Positions 26,601-33,371 of a stretch of 45,618 nucleotides of DNA are shown here, piece by piece; the stretch's first letter is position 1; every line of letters starts with the position of its first letter. Under the pieces are notes generated by a model. That model saw only the letters and a program-made list of their open reading frames with translations. It was not told where the DNA came from and searched no databases. The stretch comes from a virus. The translations under genes were made by a program, and so were the position numbers. The DNA is taken from positions 1-45,618 of IMG/VR virus record IMGVR_UViG_3300047440_000231; one strand, given 5' to 3'.

Positions 26601-26693
26601 ATGCAGGCCCGTCATCCCGAGATCATGCAACAAGGTGTGGACAACCGCGTCAACCGCATCGAGGGCGTCAAGCCAACCAAGCTCAAGGATTGA
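23601..26693 (+). CDS. Large internal virion/ejection protein (gp16-like by position)
   Basis: 1030 aa from the ATG at 23601 (SD GGAGGAA; TAATG overlap). No lytic transglycosylase motif recognised. Confidence 0.55.
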   Translation: MAGPEDWGAVAAGEQDQGPAAWGAQPADAPPRAVSGPSSAMGGGLPISAQLAPYFAPVLKAFGQGFQEGFGPDRLNRYGLSDESVKWLSDHKIFGGKDGFDNPLQAGAELLLNDIALGPLHGIDQLARGMSGMFRGAQAAVAETGEQVGQPLLGRELAALPEAFMGTPHPMGIPKAFPVPEGAVASEGAVAAAAHASEPVVGAPPLVAQAADLGVIGEPKPVIADLPPAEAADATIPRTMAAEQKPGESISEPAGPANPWRDRFEQFVGKLEAPGDVQQLIREAADQNGEFQAARQGDIPLSHVESIAEAAGVNPEEINAKGLGRLLRNDGEVRTAMQLMLQVTDNLKAAAREVKADGSPESLIKLQEAVMRRDLAVEQVVGLRAEWGRTGNVFQEFLRDVKDQEGLTAFLKDKKGRTPGDLKDLADAIDTMDPAQTARFMNDARTPTFWDKFMWYWVNALISGPVTHAKYAIANAGFGAYEAAVVTPVAAGLGAVRRGLLGGREGVFIGEAPARLWGLVAGTPDALVAAAKAARTGLQTPLPGEVAQGILPSQNKGLPFQQKPIGGVAGTVIGIPSRGAAGIHSFYNFLGYRASMEAQAYRTAAKEGLSGQDFWERRQALIDQPTKEMMDAGIEEGYRLTYISELGPAGKKISAALKATKVGQLLMPFTHIPFNILSRAVENTPLFPLSSEARGDLSGANGIVKRDMATARIVAGTAVGMWAMNLVLNDRMTGFGPTDPKERAQWLALGHQPYSIRIGDQWLSVNRFGSIGTMLGIYANLSEIMPHMQADSEELTKGLALAVHSTGRLLEDETGMQGLANIMQAIDEPDRKGARVVGNIAGSFLPFSSALRQIASSMDPEMRETKTVVDGLRYYIPSVRQGLLPKRDWTGMPIANAGYGGDLPVPGVSSIIQHRAVGTDPVALEMKTLDLHPALPVPRIGGVQLPPKLADEYFSTAGPMTHVALDRMVAQPGWENLPLFVRQQAFESTIKAMRQSAGAIMQARHPEIMQQGVDNRVNRIEGVKPTKLKD

Positions 26694-26697
26694 ACAA

Positions 26698-26904
26698 ATG
26701 TCAGAACTCGAAGCCGCGATACTGAAAATTCACCAAATCCTCGGCCCGCTACGCTGCGAAGAATTTCGCACGCCGGAGAAAATCATTGCGGTCGCCGCAG
26801 CAGTCGGCGAAGCCGATGCCGTCGCCTTGCAAGCACTCGCCGATGCAGGACTGATGCGCAGGATCTCGATTTCAGACGTTGGGCCGGCCAAGCTCAATGG
26901 TTGA
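26698..26904 (+). CDS. Hypothetical protein (68 aa)
   Basis: Internal Met (MSELEAAILK) of track ORF 26635..26904. Confidence 0.55.
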   Translation: MSELEAAILKIHQILGPLRCEEFRTPEKIIAVAAAVGEADAVALQALADAGLMRRISISDVGPAKLNG

Positions 26905-26905
26905 G

Positions 26906-26916
26906 ATACGTTGCCG
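26906..26916 (+). promoter_or_regulatory. Conserved 11-mer ATACGTTGCCG, copy 4
   Basis: Starts 2 nt after the TGA at 26902-26904 and opens a 510-nt non-coding region. Confidence 0.5.
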
Positions 26917-26967
26917 TGCGCGGCGGTGGCGCGCGTATTGAGCAAGTTCGGCAGGGCTGCGGGTGCC

Positions 26968-26981
26968 AGGACTATAGTCCT
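26968..26981. repeat. Perfect 14-bp palindrome AGGACTATAGTCCT
   Basis: Read directly. Nested inside a GGGTG...CACCC pairing. The half-site AGGACT recurs at 27057-27062. Confidence 0.6.
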
Positions 26982-27375
26982 ACTGAGTGCCCACCCTGTC
27001 GTGAAAATAGGTGCGCCGGCCACGTGCGACCGTGCCGGCGCTGATTGGGATGAGCTAGGACTTAAATCCCAACCGATTACGATAGGCATATAATCCTATC
27101 AGATCGTCCTGCCAAGCGCTTCCTAGCTGTCGCACGGGCCCGGCCGGCCACCGGGGATGACGCGCAGGAACTCACCGATCCGGCGGACGCGAGTCGACGC
27201 TTACGCCAAGAACTGAGCCACAATATACGGCATTGTAGCCTCTGCACCGGCGATGTAGATGCAGGCCGGCCGTCTGGCCCACGACACGGGTAGCTCAGGG
27301 ATATGCGCTAGAAGGTTCGGCGGCTCATCCGCATGGCTCTCTGTAGCCGGCCTTTGCGGTGGCGGTCCTATGCTC

Positions 27376-27386
27376 ATACGTTGCCG
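27376..27386 (+). promoter_or_regulatory. Conserved 11-mer ATACGTTGCCG, copy 5
   Basis: Lies 29 nt upstream of the ATG at 27415 and is followed by the tandem GATAGGGATAGGG (27401-27413). Confidence 0.5.
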
Positions 27387-27414
27387 GAGACCCTCCCCCC
27401 GATAGGGATAGGGC

Positions 27415-27972
27415 ATGGCAACCCCTCCGGTCGGTCAGAGCTGCCTTACGTGCAAGGCGCTGTTCCACGGCGGCTGCCATCGCGGGCCACCCCGGCAAGG
27501 CCATGGCGAGGTATCCCGCTGGCGGCCGGTGGCTGACACCGACTGGTGCCCAGGATGGGCTCCGGGGGTGAAGGACGTCACCGAGACCTGCAACAATTGC
27601 CCCCTGTGGATAATTGCGACCTGCCGGGCCAATCTGCCGGCGCAGACCACGGGCGACATCTCGCTCTGGCCGCCGACCGACCATGACGAATGGTGCATGG
27701 CCTGGGGCTTCATCGTCACCACGCCGCCGATCATTACCAAGGGCACATTCACCCTCGACGCGGCGGCCTCCACCGTCATCGTCGAGCCAAAGATCGCGCC
27801 GTTCTCACACATATCGCTCACGGCGATCAATTTTGGTGCGGCGGTGCTGCAGGGTTCGGCTGCTGGCATCTTCCCCAACACGCTCGTGATCGGTGTCGGG
27901 TTCACGGTGACGACCGGCAACAGCACGCCGGCTACCGGCAGCGAATCCTACATGTACGAAATCTTCAACTAG
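27415..27972 (+). CDS. Hypothetical protein with Cys-rich N-terminus (possible tail/fibre accessory)
   Basis: ORF track. CLTC...C...C..CNNC cluster followed by a beta-rich C-terminal half. Sits upstream of the tailspike. Confidence 0.6.
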   Translation: MATPPVGQSCLTCKALFHGGCHRGPPRQGHGEVSRWRPVADTDWCPGWAPGVKDVTETCNNCPLWIIATCRANLPAQTTGDISLWPPTDHDEWCMAWGFIVTTPPIITKGTFTLDAAASTVIVEPKIAPFSHISLTAINFGAAVLQGSAAGIFPNTLVIGVGFTVTTGNSTPATGSESYMYEIFN

Positions 27973-27982
27973 GAACGCCCTC

Positions 27983-29452
27983 ATGACCCGCATTCTCGCC
28001 GGCATCCTGCTCATCCTTTCCAGCGTCGCATCGGCCCAGCCGTTCCCGCAGACTATGCCGCCCGATTCCGTGGTCGGCCGCCTCGGACCGCCGACATCAG
28101 GGCCAGGCTCCGCGGTCACGATGGCGAGCCTGCAGGCGCGGCTGCTGGCCGGCGAGCGGCCGGTAGCGGATGCCAACTTCCTGATGGTCGCGACCGATCG
28201 GGTCATCGCCTACACGTCGATCTCGGCGGCGCGCACCGTGACGCTGCCATCTGCATCGCTGATCGCGGCCGGCACCCGCATCATGATCTTCGATCGCTCC
28301 GGCAGCGTGTCCGCGGTCAACACGATTTCGGTGGCGCCCTCCGGCGCGGATACGCTCAATGGCGCAGGCACGCCGCTGGTCGCCGTCCAGTCACCGCGCG
28401 GCATGGTCGAGGTCGAGACCGATGGCATCTCGAAATGGACGGCCTTGCAGCTCGGCGGCAGCGTCAGCTCGGTCTCCAACTCGGATGGATCGCTGACGGT
28501 CGCCCCGACAACCGGCGCCGTCGTCGGATCGATCAATCTCGGCCATGCGAACACGTGGACGGCTGTCCAGCAGTTCAACGCCGCCACCTATTTTCAGAGT
28601 GGCTCGCCATGGGCCGACGTCAAGGCATTCGGCGCACTCGGCAACAACTCGAACGATGACACCACCGCGATCCGCAATGCGATCACGCAGGTCGGCACCA
28701 CGGGCGGGGTCGTGAATTTCCCGCCCGGCGCCTACAAGATCACCGGCACGCTGACGATACCGAGCGGCGTCATTCTCCGCGGCATCAACATCACGGCGAC
28801 GTCGATCTTCGCGACCTCGGCCGATTTCACCGCGATTGCATACACCGCCAACGATAGCGGGTCCGGCCTTGAGCGCTTGAGCGTGTTCTGCATTCAGAGC
28901 CTCACGGCGACGACCCCGTGCGTCACGATCGGCGCGAATGCCTTCATCAACATGCACGACTTCCGCATCTGGGGCGGGCTGCATGGCATCCAGACTGCCG
29001 GCGCCGACGGCTATTACGAGAATGGCTATGTCTGTGGCTGGGCCACCGCGGGATACTGCATCTCGTCGACGGGCGCGAACTGGTACAGCCGCATGAAGCT
29101 CGACGGCATCAATGGCGGATCGAGTGCCGGCGCGTTTATCCAGGGCACGGTTGCGGCGCTTGCCGAGAACCACTTCTCGCTGACGGATTTCTCGGGATCG
29201 TTCACCAACAGCATCGTGATCACCGATGCCAACAGCCTTTCATTGACCGTGATCCAGGGCAGCGTTTTCTCCTCGCCGATCCTGATCGGTCAATCGAAGG
29301 CAACGATTCTGACCGGCAACGAAATCGGCAGCACCTCACTAGCCGCGAGCGGCGGGCCACTCATCATGGCCGGCAACTACGCTTTTAGCGCCACGACCGC
29401 CAGCGGGACGTCGGTGCGGACATGCGCGGGGAACGCCAACGTCACGTGCTGA
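27983..29452 (+). CDS. Tailspike/tail fibre with pectate-lyase-3-like beta-helix and N-terminal signal-like segment
   Basis: N-terminus MTRILAGILLILSSVASA|QP. VKAFGALGNNSNDDTTAIRNAI..GGVVNFPPGAYKITGTL is a Pectate_lyase_3 signature. PPDSVVGRLG is a fibre-type N-terminal motif. Confidence 0.7.
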   Translation: MTRILAGILLILSSVASAQPFPQTMPPDSVVGRLGPPTSGPGSAVTMASLQARLLAGERPVADANFLMVATDRVIAYTSISAARTVTLPSASLIAAGTRIMIFDRSGSVSAVNTISVAPSGADTLNGAGTPLVAVQSPRGMVEVETDGISKWTALQLGGSVSSVSNSDGSLTVAPTTGAVVGSINLGHANTWTAVQQFNAATYFQSGSPWADVKAFGALGNNSNDDTTAIRNAITQVGTTGGVVNFPPGAYKITGTLTIPSGVILRGINITATSIFATSADFTAIAYTANDSGSGLERLSVFCIQSLTATTPCVTIGANAFINMHDFRIWGGLHGIQTAGADGYYENGYVCGWATAGYCISSTGANWYSRMKLDGINGGSSAGAFIQGTVAALAENHFSLTDFSGSFTNSIVITDANSLSLTVIQGSVFSSPILIGQSKATILTGNEIGSTSLAASGGPLIMAGNYAFSATTASGTSVRTCAGNANVTC

Positions 29453-29462
29453 TACGTTGCCG
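29452..29462 (+). promoter_or_regulatory. Conserved 11-mer ATACGTTGCCG, copy 6
   Basis: Begins on the last base of the TGA at 29450-29452, upstream of the lysis cassette. Confidence 0.5.
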
Positions 29463-29490
29463 CAACCGCCGGTAAGCCCATGCTCCCAGC

Positions 29491-29568
29491 ATGAGAGCCT
29501 TCTGGATCGCCGCCGCAATTGCGCTCGCGCTTTACTGGTTGGCATACCTCTATCTCAACACAGCATAG
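29491..29568 (+). CDS. Possible TM micro-ORF (25 aa)
   Basis: MRAFWIAAAIALALYWLAYLYLNTA has a single hydrophobic helix. No clear SD. Directly upstream of the endolysin-like gene. Confidence 0.3.
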   Translation: MRAFWIAAAIALALYWLAYLYLNTA

Positions 29569-29577
29569 GAGCGCGGC

Positions 29578-30138
29578 ATGGATCTCTCCACGCTGACGGC
29601 TGCGAACGCGCGTCGCTGGGCTGCCATGAAGGTGCGGCCCGAGCTGGTAGCCATGGTCGATCAAGTCGCGCATCGCCTAGTCGCCGCGCAACCGCGCTAT
29701 CAGGTCGTCTCAGGGCAGACCAAGGTGCCGTGGGATGTGATCGCGGTCATCCACGAGCGCGAATCGTCGCAGAGCTGGAAGGCAAGCTTGGCGCAGGGCG
29801 ATCCGTGGAATCAGGTCTCGATCCATGTCCCGCGCGGCCGTGGCCCATTCCAGAGCTGGGAGGCCGCCGCCGCCGATGCGCTGGTGGTCTGCCCGCCGTT
29901 CGCCTCGCGCTGGACCGATTGGTCGGATGGCGGCCGGCTGACGCTGCTCGAGCAATACAACGGCCTCGGCTACTTCCACATGGGCATCCCATCGCCCTAT
30001 GTGTGGGCCTCGACCGATCAGTATTCGCACGGCAAGTACATCGCCGATGGCCATTTCGATCCGAACGCAGTCGACCATCAGCTCGGCTGTGCGGCGCTGC
30101 TTTCGCGCATGGCAGCGATCGGAGCGCCGGCAGCATGA
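29578..30138 (+). CDS. Putative endolysin (lysozyme-like/lytic-transglycosylase-like fold)
   Basis: IAVIHERESS (Glu-Ser catalytic-type motif) ... LLEQYNGLGY ... SPYVW. SD GGAG. First gene of an ATGA-coupled chain. Confidence 0.55.
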   Translation: MDLSTLTAANARRWAAMKVRPELVAMVDQVAHRLVAAQPRYQVVSGQTKVPWDVIAVIHERESSQSWKASLAQGDPWNQVSIHVPRGRGPFQSWEAAAADALVVCPPFASRWTDWSDGGRLTLLEQYNGLGYFHMGIPSPYVWASTDQYSHGKYIADGHFDPNAVDHQLGCAALLSRMAAIGAPAA

Positions 30139-30509
30139 CATGCGCCGTCATCGGGGATTCGATTGCGGTCGATGTCGGTCGCGCGATGCCACAGTGCGCG
30201 ATGAACGCTAAGATCGGCATCGGTTCTGCCGCGATCATCGGGCGAGTTGTGGCCGCGGATCTCACGGTGATCTCGGCCGGCAGCAATGATCCGCTCAATC
30301 CGGCGCTCGCGAGCAACCTTGAGAGCATGCGCAACCGATGCAAGGGACGGGTGATCTGGATACTGCCGATCCAGCCTCATGCGCGCAACGTGGTTGGCGG
30401 CGTTGCCGCACGTCATGGCGATGCGACCGTTAGCTTTGCTCCGGCCCGCGACAACGTGCATCCCCGTGTCGTTGGCCAGATCGTTACCGCCATCGGAGCC
30501 GCGCGATGA
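30135..30509 (+). CDS. SGNH/GDSL-type hydrolase (esterase)
   Basis: 124 aa with block I VIGDSIA, block III SAGSNDP and block V DNVHP. ATGA overlaps at both ends. This is the in-frame 3' part of the spurious track ORF 29457..30509. Confidence 0.6.
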   Translation: MTCAVIGDSIAVDVGRAMPQCAMNAKIGIGSAAIIGRVVAADLTVISAGSNDPLNPALASNLESMRNRCKGRVIWILPIQPHARNVVGGVAARHGDATVSFAPARDNVHPRVVGQIVTAIGAAR

Positions 30510-31213
30510 ACCACCGCGATCTCGCCGATCTCGTCTCGTGGCTTTACGGCTCGACGTCATATGAGCCGGAGGAGAGGACGGAAGGCGCGGCAATCATGGT
30601 GCGCCTGCTCGCCAAGTTTCCGACCCTCCGAGTTCTCTACGTCAGTAACCCTGATGCGATCGTCGTTTTTGCCATCGTCCGCATCGACAACAATCTGAAT
30701 GTCGTCTACCGCGGATCGTATACGGGACGGGACTGGATACTCGACGCGCTGGTCAAGGAGACGGACCCGAAAGGCCGGCCTTCGATCAAGCAGGTCCATA
30801 GCGGCTTCTACGGCGGCACCGTGGAGGCATCGGACATCGTGATGATGTTCTACAGAATCGGGGACCGGATCATCATCATAGGCCATTCGCTGGGCGCGAG
30901 CCGCGGCGGCATCGAGGCCGAGCATCTGGTGGCGATCGGCATCCTGCCGCACCTTGTTGTGCTATGGGCGCCGCCGGCCGCATTCAAGCCGTCCGATATG
31001 CCGGCGCCGAAATATCCGCTCATCATGTACCGCAACCTCGTCAACCACGAGGAAGACCCGGTGACCTATTCGACGGATATCGTCGGGTATGAGCACCGCG
31101 CACCGTGGGTTGACGTCTCGGCGCCTCCCGCCAATCCGAAATGGTGGGACCCCTTCGACCTTCACCACTTCGCGCTGTACGCGAGCGTCACACCCGCAAC
31201 GGAGATCCCATGA
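30506..31213 (+). CDS. Class 3 lipase-like alpha/beta hydrolase
   Basis: VVYRGSYTGRDW, VHSGFYGG, nucleophile elbow IIGHSLGASRG, and later EEDPVT and HH candidates for the Asp/His of the triad. No signal peptide. Confidence 0.7.
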   Translation: MNHRDLADLVSWLYGSTSYEPEERTEGAAIMVRLLAKFPTLRVLYVSNPDAIVVFAIVRIDNNLNVVYRGSYTGRDWILDALVKETDPKGRPSIKQVHSGFYGGTVEASDIVMMFYRIGDRIIIIGHSLGASRGGIEAEHLVAIGILPHLVVLWAPPAAFKPSDMPAPKYPLIMYRNLVNHEEDPVTYSTDIVGYEHRAPWVDVSAPPANPKWWDPFDLHHFALYASVTPATEIP

Positions 31214-31401
31214 CAGTCGCAGACGGAATCACAGCCTTGAGCCTGCTCGTCGCCGTCGAGATGGGCGTCGGTCACGGCACGATCGCGCTCACGAATGCCA
31301 TCCCGGAAGCCTGGGTGCCGCGTGTGCAGGCATGGTGCAACATCCTCGCGACCGTCGGCAGCCTGATGATCACCGCGCTCAGCCGCTACACGGGAGCCTG
31401 A
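31210..31401 (+). CDS. Holin-like small membrane protein (two TM)
   Basis: 63 aa from the internal Met (ATGA overlap). Hydrophobic stretches ITALSLLVAVEMGVGHGTIAL and ILATVGSLMITAL. Confidence 0.45.
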   Translation: MTVADGITALSLLVAVEMGVGHGTIALTNAIPEAWVPRVQAWCNILATVGSLMITALSRYTGA

Positions 31402-31402
31402 C

Positions 31403-32029
31403 ATGAGACACCACCGCATCATGGCCGCATGGCTAACTGGGTCGGCGCTGGCCGCCGTGGCGATCTTCCTGCTGGCGATGCCGGCGCAGGCGCAGGGGCC
31501 GCGCCCTCGCCCGACTGGCGACGCCGTGAAGGACATCAAGACCCTCATCGGCGGGCAGGGGCAGGGCAGCGACGAGGCCGCGCAAACCTCGACGGGCGGA
31601 ACGAAGTCAAGCGACAAGCTCGCCCAGATCCTCGCCAAGCCGTTCAACGACCTCGCCGACTTCATCAACAGCGACACCGCGGCGGCCGTCACACTCTCGA
31701 CCGCGATCCCCGAGCTGCAGGACGGCCACGGGCAGCAATGCTGGATGGCGATGGGCCAGTTCACCTCGGTACTCAAGGCGCATCCGATCCCGGTCACGCT
31801 GCACGCCGCGACCGACCTCGAAGCATTCCGGCTCGCCGCGATGGCCGCGAACAACCTGTGCCACAACTCGAGCTGCAACCAGATTTTCACCGACCTCGCC
31901 AACAGCATTCAGAAGGCCGCGCCGGTCAATCTCGGCATCCCGATCCCTAGCCTGTCGAGCCTATGCGCCTATGTTCCACAGGTGACGGTCATGCCGCCGG
32001 TGACGGCCGCCGCACCCAAGACCCCGTAG
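31403..32029 (+). CDS. Secreted protein of unknown function (Sec signal peptide)
   Basis: N-terminus MRHHRIMAAWLTGSALAAVAIFLLAMPAQA|QG. Four Cys in the mature part. Confidence 0.6.
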   Translation: MRHHRIMAAWLTGSALAAVAIFLLAMPAQAQGPRPRPTGDAVKDIKTLIGGQGQGSDEAAQTSTGGTKSSDKLAQILAKPFNDLADFINSDTAAAVTLSTAIPELQDGHGQQCWMAMGQFTSVLKAHPIPVTLHAATDLEAFRLAAMAANNLCHNSSCNQIFTDLANSIQKAAPVNLGIPIPSLSSLCAYVPQVTVMPPVTAAAPKTP

Positions 32030-32106
32030 TGTGAAGTACATCACACCTAGGTAACATACGATGGATGCGCGCTCGCGCGATCTAGGCTACAAAGATGAAC
32101 CGATAG

Positions 32107-32298
32107 ATGCACGGCCAGCGATCGGAAGACGACAAGGTTGTCGATGTCACTCTCGGGGATACCAAGCGCTGGGACGCGGCGGCTAATGTCGTGGAGAAGA
32201 GCACATTTCTTGCAAAGGCCATCGGCTGGGTAACCGGCGCTCTCGTGAGCGGGATGGGCCTGCTGTTACTGTTCAAGCAATTGTGGATGGGAAAATGA
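32107..32298 (+). CDS. Small C-terminally anchored membrane protein
   Basis: ORF track. C-terminal hydrophobic stretch WVTGALVSGMGLLLLF. Confidence 0.5.
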   Translation: MHGQRSEDDKVVDVTLGDTKRWDAAANVVEKSTFLAKAIGWVTGALVSGMGLLLLFKQLWMGK

Positions 32299-32807
32299 CC
32301 GACGAGCGGTTTCGTAAAATCTGTCACCTGTGCATCTGGCCGCCGGCCGCGATCGTACTGTTCGGCTTCGCGGTCTGGCTGTTCGTGATCGAGAACGATT
32401 CGCCGGTCCTGAGCTTCGGCGCCAAGGCGAACTTCTTCCTGACCCTCGATGGCGACACGCCGGCCACGACCATCCACCTCGACGACCAACCCAAGCTTGC
32501 TCTCACCAAGACGTCGTGGCTGCGCGCGTGCCCGAACTCCAAGAGCGAGCAGTTCCTACAGGTCGACGGCCATCACCGCATCGACGTCGCCGTGCACCCG
32601 ATCGCCTATCCGGGCGTGCTGGGTCCCGTGCCGGCCAAGTCGAGATGGATCGTCGGACCGAACGAGACCATGCGCTCGATGAGCTTCGGCCAGACCGGCA
32701 AGGCGGTGTTCTGGATCTCGGCCGTGTCGACCTGCGAATGGGGATGGTGGAGCAAGAAAGTGACGCCGGTCGAGACGTCGAAGTTCGAGTTCGACATCCT
32801 CCCGTGA
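32295..32807 (+). CDS. Membrane-anchored protein (N-terminal TM)
   Basis: ATG at Met5 (ATGA overlap). TM segment IWPPAAIVLFGFAVWLFVI followed by a ~130-aa soluble domain. Confidence 0.6.
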   Translation: MTDERFRKICHLCIWPPAAIVLFGFAVWLFVIENDSPVLSFGAKANFFLTLDGDTPATTIHLDDQPKLALTKTSWLRACPNSKSEQFLQVDGHHRIDVAVHPIAYPGVLGPVPAKSRWIVGPNETMRSMSFGQTGKAVFWISAVSTCEWGWWSKKVTPVETSKFEFDILP

Positions 32808-32811
32808 TGCC

Positions 32812-33123
32812 GTGCCCGCGCAACCCCTGCCATGGCAGTTTATCCTCGGGGCTGGCTCTCTGGCGCTCCTGAGCTTCGGATCGATCTGGACGATCTTCAA
32901 CGACAAGTTTGCAGAGGCCGAGCGCCGCGACGTTTCGATCAATCGTGAGATTTCTAACATCCATTCCGAGCTGCTGACGCGCCGGCATGAATTCGTACAG
33001 CAGGAGGAGTTCAAGGAGTTCGAGAAGCGCGTCGATCAATACATGGCGACGCCGTTCTTGACGCGGAATGAGTTCGATCGGTGGAGAGCCGAGCGGGACC
33101 GCGGGCTCAAGAAGCCGGACTAG
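32812..33123 (+). CDS. Type-II membrane protein with coiled-coil (i-spanin-like topology, weak)
   Basis: GTG start. TM segment FILGAGSLALLSFGSIWTIF followed by a charged helical region. The stop overlaps the convergent gene's stop (CTAG). Confidence 0.45.
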   Translation: MPAQPLPWQFILGAGSLALLSFGSIWTIFNDKFAEAERRDVSINREISNIHSELLTRRHEFVQQEEFKEFEKRVDQYMATPFLTRNEFDRWRAERDRGLKKPD

Positions 33124-33365
33124 TCTTGCGATTGCCCAACACTGCACCGCGGGCATGTTGCCGTGCGCGTCTTGCGGTGTATCTTCCACCCGACCGCGCG
33201 CGCATCTCTGGCGCACTCCGCAAATGTCTCGCCCGTGAACGTCTGTGGGAACGCATTGAACGCATGCCGCCAGTTTCGCTGATCGCAATACAAGTCGAGC
33301 GAATAGCACCCCGCATATTGCAGAGGCCCGTTGGCCGGCGAATCACCTAGCAGAGGTGCAATCAT
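33120..33365 (-). CDS. Hypothetical protein (81 aa)
   Basis: ORF track; ATG start; last gene of the minus-strand operon. Confidence 0.55.
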   Translation of the reverse strand: MIAPLLGDSPANGPLQYAGCYSLDLYCDQRNWRHAFNAFPQTFTGETFAECARDARAVGWKIHRKTRTATCPRCSVGQSQD

Positions 33366-33371
33366 CGCTTA

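Noticed and set aside
27289-27345. tRNA-like string GGGTAGCTCAGGGATATGCGCTAG...
   Set aside because: I could not fold it into a cloverleaf. The D-stem pairing is poor, the only candidate anticodon stem (GCGG/CCGC) has a 5-nt loop, and there is no T-arm GTTCRANNC.
27201-27416. 71-aa minus-strand ORF inside the 510-nt non-coding block
   Set aside because: It has low third-position G+C relative to real genes here, uses several rare codons, has no SD and is in an orientation isolated from any operon.
6337-29462. Reading the 11-mer as a known promoter class (EcfG GGAAC-N16/17-CGTT, sigma54 GG-N10-GC, or sigma70 with TTGCCG as the -35)
   Set aside because: No conserved GGAAC lies at the right distance upstream of CGTT. 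The GG/GC spacing does not fit sigma54. No consistent -10 lies 16-18 nt downstream of TTGCCG.
29457-30509. 350-aa track ORF spanning the endolysin region
   Set aside because: Only its last 124 codons (from ATG 30135, in an ATGA overlap) look genuine (SGNH motifs). The upstream part is Arg/Ala-rich and overlaps the well-formed 29578..30138 gene in another frame.
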